Shown piece by piece: positions 30,852 to 42,020 of a DNA stretch of 64,000 nt (position 1 is its first letter; each line of letters begins with the position of its first letter). Below the pieces are notes generated by a model that worked only from the letters and a program-made list of their open reading frames with translations, made no database searches and was not told the DNA's origin. Source of the stretch: Yuukianura sp. NJ FZ-2021 (lineage: Eukaryota); assembly GCA_046563655.1 (NCBI GenBank), contig CM102287.1:1922001-1986000 (forward strand). The letters run 5' to 3'. Both the position numbers and the translations under genes were made by a program.

Positions 30852-32243
30852 CTAAAAGCCAACTCGGGTAAGGCGCAGTCGCATGGTGCGGGTTTCGCAC
30901 ATTGGACCAGCAGACCCCCCACGCTTTTTTGGAGGGCGCCCCCTCGGGCGTTTTGGCGGGACTGTTTCCTCCACCTCTTCCACTTCAGGCACTTCCCGCT
31001 TCACGGCAACGTTAGCAAGCTCTTGTTTGAGTCGATTCAACTCCTCCACAGCTTCCCGTTTTGCCGTTTCAGCAGCAGACGCAACTACTTCGGCCACTTG
31101 CTGGTTGTCCTGGGCAATTTTAATACGCTCCCGAAGTTCGCGAACTTTCTCCTCCGACTCCTCAAGTTTCTTGTGAACAATGTCAAACCTTGCGGCATAA
31201 GACACTTGTTCCTCCTTGTGACGAATGTTCGCCATGTGCCACCGAGCCTCGGATTCAACGAGTTTTTGGCTCAAATCCGCGCAGCGGGATTCGGAGGCTG
31301 CTCCCCGCATGTTCGCTTCGTCAATTAATCTTAAGTTGTTCGCCATGATTTTGTCCCTAAACAAAAAGTGATATTATTAGTTACACGGAGAAACACAAAC
31401 AAAAAGTCGACAAAAAAACTTATTTATAGATAGACAACATTTATAGATTGCTAAACCAAAACAAAATACCACTTACCACGCCGTAGTACGACAGTTTAGC
31501 TCCGTTTCTTTCTTGTTGAGTTCCGCCTGCAAGTTCATAATTGCTTTTGTTTTTTGGCAACTGCCAAACTCCAACTCCGCAACTCTTTGACCCCTGAAAA
31601 AAAAAACGAATTAACAGATTTAATTTTCCCACATAAATTCAAAAACTACAAAACGCTTACAATGCGTATTGCACAGGCAAAGATGCGATCCTGGCCTGCA
31701 GATCAATCACCGTGCTTTCGATGATCTGAATGCGATCACTGAAGATTTTAAAACAAAAACAAATTCTGTTTAACGTTTTCAATTAAAAAGTAAAAATAAA
31801 CTTACCTGTCAGAAGTAGCCACCAAACCGGTCCAGGCCATCCCGACTTCCTGCATGGACAGAAACAACCTTCGCCCCTCCACTTTCTCCCCAGTGGTCTT
31901 CACCATGGCCTGGCACACTGGACATGCCGTTCTGAAAAGAAAAAACAATATATTAACAAAATATTATAAAGGTTGAACTTAACATATAAAGTAGTAGTAC
32001 TTACTCAACTGTGGCAGAATCTCCAAGGCACCCAGGATGGACAGAATTTGCCCAATTCAGCATGCAAATCCTAAAAACACAAAGTTTTTTTTTAAATCCT
32101 GACCAAATATGCTAATCATAAGAATCTGATATAAATACTTACCAGTGCAACACGTGGTTGCACTCCGTGGAGATGACGATGGCCTTCACGTCCATCGGCT
32201 CATGATCCCCGAACTTGTCCAAACACACCGGACAAATAACCAT
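30852..32243 (-). CDS. RING-H2 + coiled-coil + AT-hook protein, six exons
   Basis: Exons about 32243-32143, 32070-32005, 31931-31806, 31738-31661, 31593-31478 and 31357-30852 join in frame through GT-AG introns. CPVC...CNHVLHWIC...CPVC, heptads, PKRPRGRPPKK. Confidence 0.85.
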
Positions 32244-32543
32244 GGATTTTTTTTTTACGGCAGAGATTGACAGCACGAACTCAACTTTCAAATTAACTTT
32301 GAACTTACAACAAACCTCTTTATATCTTACGAACAACTCGGACTTAAAAAACAAAGCATTTAGAAATTGTGCAACTAACAAATACTTCAGCGGGGTCAAA
32401 GGTTGGAATCCAAGCGCTCCAACAAATTGTCACTGTGTCACAAGGACAGAAACGACATATTTCCGTCCACATCCCAAAAGCATGCCAAGGACGTTCAACA
32501 TTCAAAAGCAACATCAAATGCCACGTGCATGACTCATTTTGTG

Positions 32544-32670
32544 CCCTCAACTCAAAGCTTTCGAAAACCTAACCTTTGCACCTAACCTTGCATTCTTTAT
32601 GAGTTAAATGTGTGACTCACCAAACGATTTAAGAACGTTTTACGTTCTTACCTGATATTATCATACTACT
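32544..32670 (-). repeat. Polinton right TIR
   Basis: Ends ...GATATTATCATACTACT, the inverse of 7734-7860. Confidence 0.96.
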
Positions 32671-32900
32671 AGTGTTTCAGGCTTTGTTGTATAGTTCACC
32701 ACTTAGTTAAACCTAAATGACTGTTAGATTTATGCACTTGTTGCATAGTAAAGTTTTTCTAAAATAAAATTTCGGATTGTTTTTGGACACAAGTTATTAA
32801 GATGTCCTTTATTTGAAGTGAACGATGTTAGTAAAACATACAAAAGTATTTCTTGAAAATTCCAACCAATAATTGCAAATAATGGTGAATGTTCAATTTT
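32671..32900 (-). repeat. Partial 508-bp repeat unit between the Polinton and Helentron
   Basis: AGTGTTTCAGG...GTTCAATTTT continues in register at 42021 (ATTTGGAAAG). Confidence 0.95.
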
Positions 32901-33982
32901 AGTCTTCTGGAGACGCACGTCTACGACGTGCTGAAGAAGACTATTGATACGACTTTGTCCGTCCGTCCGTCACACTTTTTAGGACTTTTTGCACTGAAAC
33001 ATTAGCCCCATTATTGACCGGGGGTTCTGTATCGCTCAAGTGTTTTCATTATGTCTACATTCCACTCAAAGTGTTATCTTAACAACGTAGAAGTGGGCGG
33101 CTACTTTACGTACCCGCAGTATCGTGGCTCCGCAATGCTGTTTTGGTTTCGATTGCACTCAAAGTATTTATAAACAACGGAGTTTTGATCTGGTCATTTT
33201 CTGGCAGTTAGTTTAATTACGTTGTTAAATTAAGCCAAATTAGAGGGTAGAAATTCCGGCTTAAATTCGTAATACGTAAACAGTGCCTTGTAGGGTTCAA
33301 AGTTCCTTTCTCAACAATTTTGATTATAAACAAGGGATATTCGAGTTTATAACTTATGCACTTCATTTAACACATGGTGCATTTATTTGAACCGATTTTG
33401 ATTTTATAGAAGCTATATTCGATGCCTACTCCTCAACGTTCAATTTTGAGCATGATGTACATTAATGACTACGAGAGATTCACTTTGTGCATATTTCAGA
33501 ACAAATGTGCGTCAAAATAATTTTGAAGAGAGTGAAAGTTGTTCACAGCAAAGTTTAAACATGTTCATGCAAACGGTTTTTTAAATATTATTTTGAGGCA
33601 TGTTGATTAACGCTGTTTGCTATTATAATGTCATGGCAACATGGACAATGCAGTTCCAGGTTGTTTAGTATGTTGTTTACTGCTATCAGTCATGTCTAAA
33701 AATTTTTTATCATTTTGAATTTAAGCAAACCATATTCGACCCCTCAACCTCCATCTTCAATTTTGTTGCCTTTTTATTTGACAATTCTTTGACTCTACGT
33801 TCATTCAAGTGTTAAATTTATAGTCTAATTTACAGTTCCCAGTTATAGTTTAGGTAGTACATAATTTCAATCTTTGGTACAAGTTTATAAAGTTTCGGCG
33901 GGTGAGAATATGATTTCTAATCTTATTTCTTACTATTACGCTATACCGAATTACATGTTACTTCATGATTTCAGATAGAATT

Positions 33983-36900
33983 ATGTCAAATCAACAACAA
34001 CGAGCCAGAGCGAGGCAACGACGACAGTTCCTACGGGCAGACGAATCTAGCAGACAAGGAGAACAGGATAATAATACCACAGCACGTCGCTTAACTCGCG
34101 AAAACAGAGATTATCGCGAAGTTGAACAAGATCGTAACTCCGATGCTCATCTAAATGCTAGATTGGACGATGATCGCCGTCGACAAGAACAAGTTTGTAA
34201 CTCCGATGCTCATCGCAACTTTCGTGCTCAGTTTCAAGATCAACCCTGGGAGTCCGTCGGTGAGTTGTTCGAAGCAAGCTGCAGAGAAGGTCCCTCGAAT
34301 ACTTGTCTGTGCTGCGGTGGTCTGTGGTTTAAGAAATCAATTAAGCACCTACAACGCTCAGATTGTGCTCAATGTGATGAAAACTTTTTGAACATTGTCT
34401 TTTCTAATCATAAACTGGAAGGAGACTTTTGTATCACATGTTATGCGGCGGTGAAATCTGGTCGTAACTCTCGACTGGGTTTAACCAATGGTCTCCAGTT
34501 CCCGGCCGTACCACCTGAAGTAGCGTCTTTGACACGGTTGGAAGCCAGATTAGTGTCGCCCTACCATGTCTTTCAAGCGATTTGGGCTGTGCAAGGACCA
34601 CAAGGTATACATTTTGATTCTTCAAAAATCAGCTCACAATTTGATTCGTTTGGCTAATAACAATATTTGTAGGTCAATTGAAGACGAAGGGACGGATTGT
34701 GAATGTTCCAGTTTCCGTGACAAATATTGTTCAAAGTCTGCCTCGCCTCCCTTCAGACGATTCAGTCCTGCATCTTCGGCTGGCCCGTCAGATGCATGTT
34801 GAGAAGAATTATACTTCCGGAAACATCCGTCCAGAAAAAGTTCTTCAAGCCGCTGAAGTTCTCTGCCAATCTCCGTTGTACACCCAACATGGTGTGAAAG
34901 TCTCCCATTCCTGGCTGGCGGATTCTCGTCGAGAATTGACTTCAGTGGACTCTAGCCTGGAGAGTCGGCTCGAAAACTCTCTTATTCTCTCGAGCGAAGT
35001 ACATCCGGGAGGAGAATTTGAAGAATCCACCACAAATGAAACTCTGCTGACCGATAGCGCTGGACTTCGGTTGGCCCCTGCAGAGGGAAATCGCCCCGTT
35101 TCTGTTCTCCTTGACGAAGATTCTGTATTCCTAGCTTTTCCTCAGTTGTTCGCCGGACACAAGATGAATCCCATTTTTGCTGGGAAGAAAGTGTCACGTG
35201 CTGACATGTTCAAGTCATTTGCTAGAAACAAGGACCGACGTGCTGCAGAATCAGTGGATTTTCTTCTCTTCATGGCAAAGACGCTCGAAATTTCGCGAAT
35301 CACTAGCAATCGAAATATTCACCTCAGAAAGCGCAGATTAAACGGGGAGCTCATTATTCCTACAGCTGGGCAAGTTCTACACTCAACTTATGTTGATGGA
35401 CTCATCAGAGACGATAATGCTTACAAAGTTCTGGCAGGCATCAGAAACGCAGGCACTCACTGGAAAAACGAGGGAAACAAAGTTCGTGCCATGATTCGAA
35501 CCTTTGGAATTGCTACATTGTTCGTGACCGTCAGTGCTGCAGAGCTGAAATGGAATGAGTTGGTTGTTTTGTTGAAAAAAGTTTTGGATGGCGTCGAAAT
35601 TTCCTGTTCTGAAGCACAAGAGTTACCGAACTCTGAAAAGGCACTGCTGATTCAGCGAGATAGAATCACATGTGCGCGGTACTTCGACCACCGTTACTCC
35701 GCGCTGAAGGCAACTTACCGCTCAAAAAACGGGCCATTTGGTGCCCATGAAATACTTCATTTCTACGAAAGAGTAGAGTTCCAGCACCGAGGAAGCCCGC
35801 ATGTGCATGCGATGTTTTGGCTCTCCGATGCTCCAGTTTTCAATCCTGAGAACGACGCACACGACGAAGTCATCGATTTCATTGACAGAATGATAACTTG
35901 CAGTACAAGCTACCCTGACGATGATCCAATCACTGGTTTACTATCGCTCCAAACTCATCGGCACACACATACGTGCTACAAGCGAACACACAAGGGAGTC
36001 CAATGTCGTTTTGGAATACCGTTCTTCCCGATGGACAAAACTCGGATCCTTATACCTTTGGAAGACCCGGCAGACTCCAAGGAGCTCAAGCTACAGCACA
36101 AATCGATTCGTGAATTTTTGGAAGCTCAAATCCCGAACGCGGGAATGTCATTTGAAGAATTCCTAGGTGCCATAACTTGCGATCTACCTATTTACGCGTG
36201 ATACAAGTTAAACTAAAGAAGCCTCATGTGTTTTTGAAACGTAAACCGAGCGAAATCTATATCAACGCCTACAACGAGAAGATTTTGCGACTGCAAAAGT
36301 CCAATATGGATAGTCAATATATACTTGATCCATACGCCTGTTGTAGCTATATTGTTGACTACATAAACAAAAGCAATCGAGGTCTTTCGGAACTGTTGAG
36401 GAATGTTGTGGACGAAGTGCGGAAAGGAAACACACCTCTAAAGGACAGCCTGCAAGCAATTGGAGCAGCTCATAACTTGAATAGTGAATTATCCGCGCAA
36501 GAAGCCGCCTACAATGTTCTACAGATGCCAATGAGCTACTCTTCGGAGAAGTGTGTCTTTGTTCAGACTGGTCCTGCCAGCCATCGTACAAGAATGTTGA
36601 AGTCTCAGGCGGATCTATCCCAGTTGGACCCCGATGACCAGAACATTTTTTTTACAAGTCCAACTGATCACTATGCTCAACGACCACTCGCATTGGAATC
36701 ACTGAATCTTGCTCAATTCTCTGCATGGTATGAATATTCCAAAACTATGAGAAAACAGGTAGTCGAACAACACGAAGAAGACGACGCATCTCCCAAAGAA
36801 GAAACGGGAACCGAAGTTTACAAGTTGAGAGACGGTTCTGGATACGTACGAAAGAGGAAATTTGCAAAAGTCATTCGCTTCGTGCGTTATAACAAAGAAA

Positions 36901-39547
36901 AAGATCCAGACAACTTTTTCCGGGAACTCTTGATGTTGTATAAGCCATGGAGAAACGAAGAGCAAGAGTGTGGGGAAAATACGGACTGTCGAAAAATTCT
37001 AGCTGAAAATATTGACTTGATCACCAGAAGCAGAAAAGAATTTAATTTCTTTGAAGATTGTATTCTTGACATTGCGATGGAGGAAGTTCTCGCTAGGCCA
37101 CCGGAGAATGAAGATGACTTGGATGAAAATCAGCCTTCGGCCGAAGACCTGCGCGAGTATCGTCTGGAAGATTCTTCAGGCACTAACGCAGTTGACTTTG
37201 GAAGCTACGAAAGACGACCATTTGCTGAAACTTTCAAGAATCCACAGTTGACTTCTAATGATGAGTACTGGGCGCTACTTGCGTCTTTGAACGACGAACA
37301 AAGGGATTTGGTGTATCATACTTTTGATCAAGTGAAGCGGCATGACAATATACAATTTCAGATCTACTTGAAAGGAGGAGCGGGTGTCGGAAAATCCCAT
37401 GTTATAAAGACATTGCATCAGGGGCTCGTCAGAATTTTCAACTCTGATGTCAATCGTAATCCGGACAAAATCTGTGTATTACTGGTGGCACCCACTGGAA
37501 AAGCGGCCTTCAACATTGGAGGCTCCACTCTTCACACTGCATTTCAGTTACCTGTTAACCAACGTGAAGCTGGCACCCTTTCGGCCGATGTTTCAAATAC
37601 GATGGCTGCAACTTACTCGGAACTGAAGGTCTCACATTCTTTCACATATTTTATGTTCTTAGCTTAATCTAACTTAACATGCTGATTTTCAGATCGTTAT
37701 ATGCGACGAAATTAGCATGGTGGGCGAACATTTGTTGGAACAAGTGGACAAGCGCTTACGTGATCTATTTACTTCAAGCGCACCTTTTGGGGGAATCTCT
37801 TTCATTGCCGTTGGTGACTTCTACCAGCTACCACCAGTTCTGGCTGTCCCGTTGACGCATGGCACGATGAGCAACTCCATTTCATCTTTATTCCATCGGC
37901 CTCTTTGGCACCACTTTCTTGTGCACGAGTTGACCACAATCATGCGCCAAAGCGAAGATATCGCCTTTGCTGTGGCCCTCAATAACATGGCCAGGGGAGT
38001 GATGACTGATTCAGATAAGGAACTGATGCGAAGCCGGTGCTTCGACACCCTGGCAACGGAAGTGGCGGAACTGAGACCTATCCACTTCTTCCAGACCAAT
38101 GCTGCAGTGACCGCGTTCAACGAAATGTTCCTTCAGCAGATGCCAGGAGAACTGATCCTCAGCAGAGCTACCGATAGTGTTCGTGGTGATCTCCCTCAGA
38201 CGTCAAGAGTCCGACTTCTGCAACGGTTTCAAACGAAACCGCTGAACGAAACAATGGGCCTTCCCATGGAACTTCAATTGAAAATTAACGCTCGTTATAT
38301 GATGACCAACAACGTCGATTGTGCGGACGGATTAGTAAATGGTGTAACTGGTATATTACGAAGAATCGATCTTGGTGTGGCGATAAACGACCCTAGCGAC
38401 CGTATTCCACTGCGACTATGGATAGAATTTGAAGACGCACGCAGTGGCCAGCAATTACGTTGCCGGTACCAATCAATTGCAGACAATTTGGGCGTTGAGT
38501 CAACTTGGACGCCAGTGGAGCTACTCACACAAGAGATACATCAAAAGAATGCCAGCATAAAAATCACACGGAAGCAGTTTCCACTTGTTCCTGCAGAAGC
38601 AATCACCATTCATAAGAGCCAAGGAATCACGTGTCAATCGTAAGTATATAATAAGTATTCCAATTTATTTTACAATTTAAGCATTCCGATTTATATTGTG
38701 CAGTGCTGTACTCCATATTGATCGTACTCGCCACCTTTCTCGAGCTTTGATCTACGTCGGCTGTTCTCGACCTACGAAAGCCAGTGGCCTTTACATTATG
38801 GGGGACTTCAGGCCTCCTAAACCAATTTCACCGACAAGTCCTCTCGCCTTGGAAATGGCTCGTCACGAAACCATGAAGCTGGTCCCAGTATTTCAATCGC
38901 TTCACAAAAGGGATGATGGTTTAATCCAGTTCCTTTACCACAACGTCCAGTCATTGCCAAAGCATTCCGCAATTTATTCTTCGGATGCAAGTTACAAAAT
39001 GAGCGACATTCTTCTCTTTGGTGAAACATGGACTCTGCCGGAAGACAATGTCACAATTGGAGATCATGTGAAAATCTGCAGTGTCGATTGTGTGACAGAA
39101 AGGCGACCACTCGGAGCCAGAATTTATTTGCGGCAGCATTTGACAAATCGCATCCTGAGTACTACTACTAGATTTGTCGAAGATGAGCATGGAAGTTGCA
39201 GCTGTGTAGCCATGAATTTTGCTGGAACAAACGTAATTGGAATTTACATCAGCCCACGTTTTCGTTGGTGTCTCTTTACCTCCATAATTTCATCTCTAAT
39301 CAACTCCCTTGGTGGCTCAAGGACGATCGTCGCCGGAGACTTCAACGTTAATTTCAATCTCATTGCTTCAGCTGAACGCAAGTCGATGTTGGATCTTGGA
39401 CTACAACTTCGTTCTACTGACTTGCCTACGACAAAGTTCGGTACCCAAATCGACGCGGTCTTTGCTTCATTTGAATTAGATGCGATTGGATTGTACACGT
39501 CCGCGACATCTATCCACGAGCCAATTTGGGGAAGGTTCTCTCAATAA
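33983..39547 (+). CDS. Rep-PIF1 helicase-AP endonuclease; introns 34605-34672, 37629-37692, 38640-38703; frameshift near 36185
   Basis: Zinc motif CLCC...CITC, HUH motif EFQHRGSPHVH, YIVDYINK, GGAGVGKS, APTGKAA, DEISMV (after splicing), GDFYQLPPV, TIHKSQG, and EEP motifs HNVQSL, GETW, AGDFN, IDAVF, SIHEPI. Confidence 0.93.
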
Positions 39548-39973
39548 TTATTTCAATAATCATATATTAAACATTAATAACCTTCAAAATGTAAATAAAT
39601 CGCACCATCTCAAGTGTAATACAATTAAATTTTCCATTTAAAGAGTTTTACTACTTAAACGCTACGAAGAATTTTTAAGAAATAAACCTTTTTCTGTTCT
39701 ATACAGTTGGTAGAATGCAGAAAAATTAAAGCTCAGCTCTAGCCTTCAACAAGTTCAACTTATTGTTACAAACTTCAGTAAGTTTTCCTAGTTTGTGTAT
39801 AGTTTGTAAAAAAAACTCAGGTTTAACTCTAGACTCGAACTTGAAACGATCTTAGCAAAGAACTTCAATTTCTAATAAATCAATACCATAAACACTTTTG
39901 TTGTATTTATTAGTTTAATTAGTTTCGTTCTTGTAAATTGATCACTTTGTATGAGAATTGATTCATATTTTCA

Positions 39974-41230
39974 CTATTGTAATAGTCGATTCAGCGTATC
40001 TGCCTCCGCGGCTTCGAACCACTCTAACAAAAGCTTGGCCGTGCTATGATCTTTTCCCACTAAGATCAAATCGCCGGGGTTGCATTCAATTGAGTTGACG
40101 CCGTTGTAACTTGAGATCTTCACCAGTTTGAACAGAATCACCTCAAAGGGGATGATTTCCTCCATTTCCACCAAGTGGTTCCACAATTTGGCATTGAATT
40201 TTCCCGTCTTGTCCACCAGAGTGATTTGTCGAAGCTTGCATGTAGGAAACTCACGAATCTCACCGACATCAATTACGAGTCCAGCCATATCGACAAATTG
40301 GCCATCGGACATCAACTTGAGATCTTCTGAGTCGATTGGAGTTAGTTTGACTTCATGACTCGCCCCTTTGGGCTCTGTAATGGAGGTGGCGTCAGTGCTG
40401 CTTGCATCAAATGATGCACTTGTCCATTTGTTTCGATTATCCTTTGGCCGAAGAAGAAAGCCTTCTACTCGAACAAAAGAGTTGACCTGAAACATGTTAT
40501 TTGATAACTTTTAATATATTTTAAAATAATGGTGATAGAAATAATACGTTACACATACCTGAAGCAGGGACTCCCATTGTGGTTTCATTACTCCGAATAA
40601 CGTGAACTGGATCTCCCCGGACTCGTCACCAAAAACAAAATGCTGCAGTTGGCCTCCGTTCCCGTACGTCATTGGTCGTGCAACCTTCAACACGAGGACT
40701 TCGATTGCACGAGATGTAACTGGGAGGTTAGGATGCAGCTGCTTCACAGCGATCACGGGAAGTTCAGCTGGGTCCTCGTTTGATTTCACTTGAGCTTTTT
40801 CAATCTGGCTTTTCCACTGCTGAAACGGCGACATGCAGCTTTGAGTACCGCTAGAACCAGGCATGGGTTCAATCAGAGCGGATCCACTTTGATTGGCTTA
40901 ATAAATAAAAATGATTAGTCATACTACTGTAAAAGCGACATTGGTTTTCAAAGTACATTTAACAATTACCTGAAGGTTGTACATTTTGTTCCGCACTTGA
41001 AGTATTGGATTCAAGGCTCTCACTCACATCACTGGCATTTTGCGCTTGATCAATAGTAGCGTCACACTTTTCGTTTTCTATTAAATAAATGAACGATTTT
41101 CAAAAAATGTATATTTACGATGTTGAAAATTTGTTCTATTTTAAGAATTACCATCTGTGTCTTGCAGTTTCAGAACCTTCGGAGCAGGTTCGCCTTTGGT
41201 ATTAGAGCACCCCTTCTTCTTAGGTGGCAT
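39974..41230 (-). CDS. RPA70-like ssDNA-binding protein (two OB folds), four exons
   Basis: Exons about 41230-41152, 41077-40970, 40897-40559 and 40486-39974 join in frame. FVFGDESGEIQFTLFG and FVDMAGLVIDVGEI...RQITLVDKTGKFNAKLW...VKISSYNG. Confidence 0.82.
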
Positions 41231-42020
41231 ATTGTCCCTTTACGAGTAGATACTTGACAATGATGTTGAAAAGTTACTAAGATTTAATGGAGGTCACTTT
41301 GATCAAGGCAAATCTGAACGAACTTCAACGGACTAAATCGGCTGCAAAATGGTTTTTGTTAACAAATTCGAAACGTATTTTAGGACTAATTCTTATAAAC
41401 ATTAAAAAATAAACATCAGTTTTGTTGTTGTGACGATTTGTTTACTTCATTGTTGTATAGTTAATTTTCAGTAATTAAATAATGTATTTTATATAACTCG
41501 AATAGTTAGAATTTGAAGAATGTCGTCAGACAGTTTTCTAGATTGATTCGTGACATATTTTAAATTCTTTTTACATGAAAATTATGTTTTTCTCAAAAAA
41601 AGTTATCAATTTTTGAAATGTTGGAAACTACATTTTTCACGTTTTCCAACTAGCCAAGGTTTCCCTGACAACATATATGACAGTGTTTCGTATTGTTTAT
41701 TACTATTTAAAACTACTCTACTCGTGAAACAAATTTCTGCCATGATGTAATTCGATGCCATGATGCCATGATGGCAAAACTTGAACATGATTTTAGTGCG
41801 TTTAAATGTCATTGGCAACCCAGTTTTGGTGCAACGCATGCACAAAATAGGACCTCACATCCGCGCTGAAAATTTTGAGCGACGTTTTGGTACATCCGCT
41901 GCATGAAAACGGTTTCTCAGTTCTTCTACAATTTTGAGGCAGGACGGTTTAAGTCGCATAAATTGTCAACTACCTCCAGAAGACCTAAGCTCAACCCTTG
42001 AGCATCGCCCTACCTTGTTT

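Larger units (their letters stand above)
7734..32670. mobile_element. Polinton/Maverick (polintovirus), about 18.0 kb without the nested Copia
   Basis: Termini AGTAGT...ACTACT, 127-bp TIRs, and pPolB, ATPase, integrase, two capsid proteins and cysteine protease. Confidence 0.97.
32900..42020 (+). mobile_element. Helentron (endonuclease-bearing Helitron)
   Basis: Inserted in a T-run with no TSD. 11-bp subterminal IR GTCTTCTGGAG (32902-32912) / CTCCAGAAGAC (41974-41984), 5' internal IR, (GTCC)n at 32957-32971, 3' hairpin GCTCAA-CCC-TTGAGC (41989-42003). Confidence 0.92.

Noticed and set aside
612..41845. Numerous 60-190 aa ORFs overlapping or antisense to the identified genes
   Set aside because: Shadow frames with no motifs, explained by the overlapped coding sequence.
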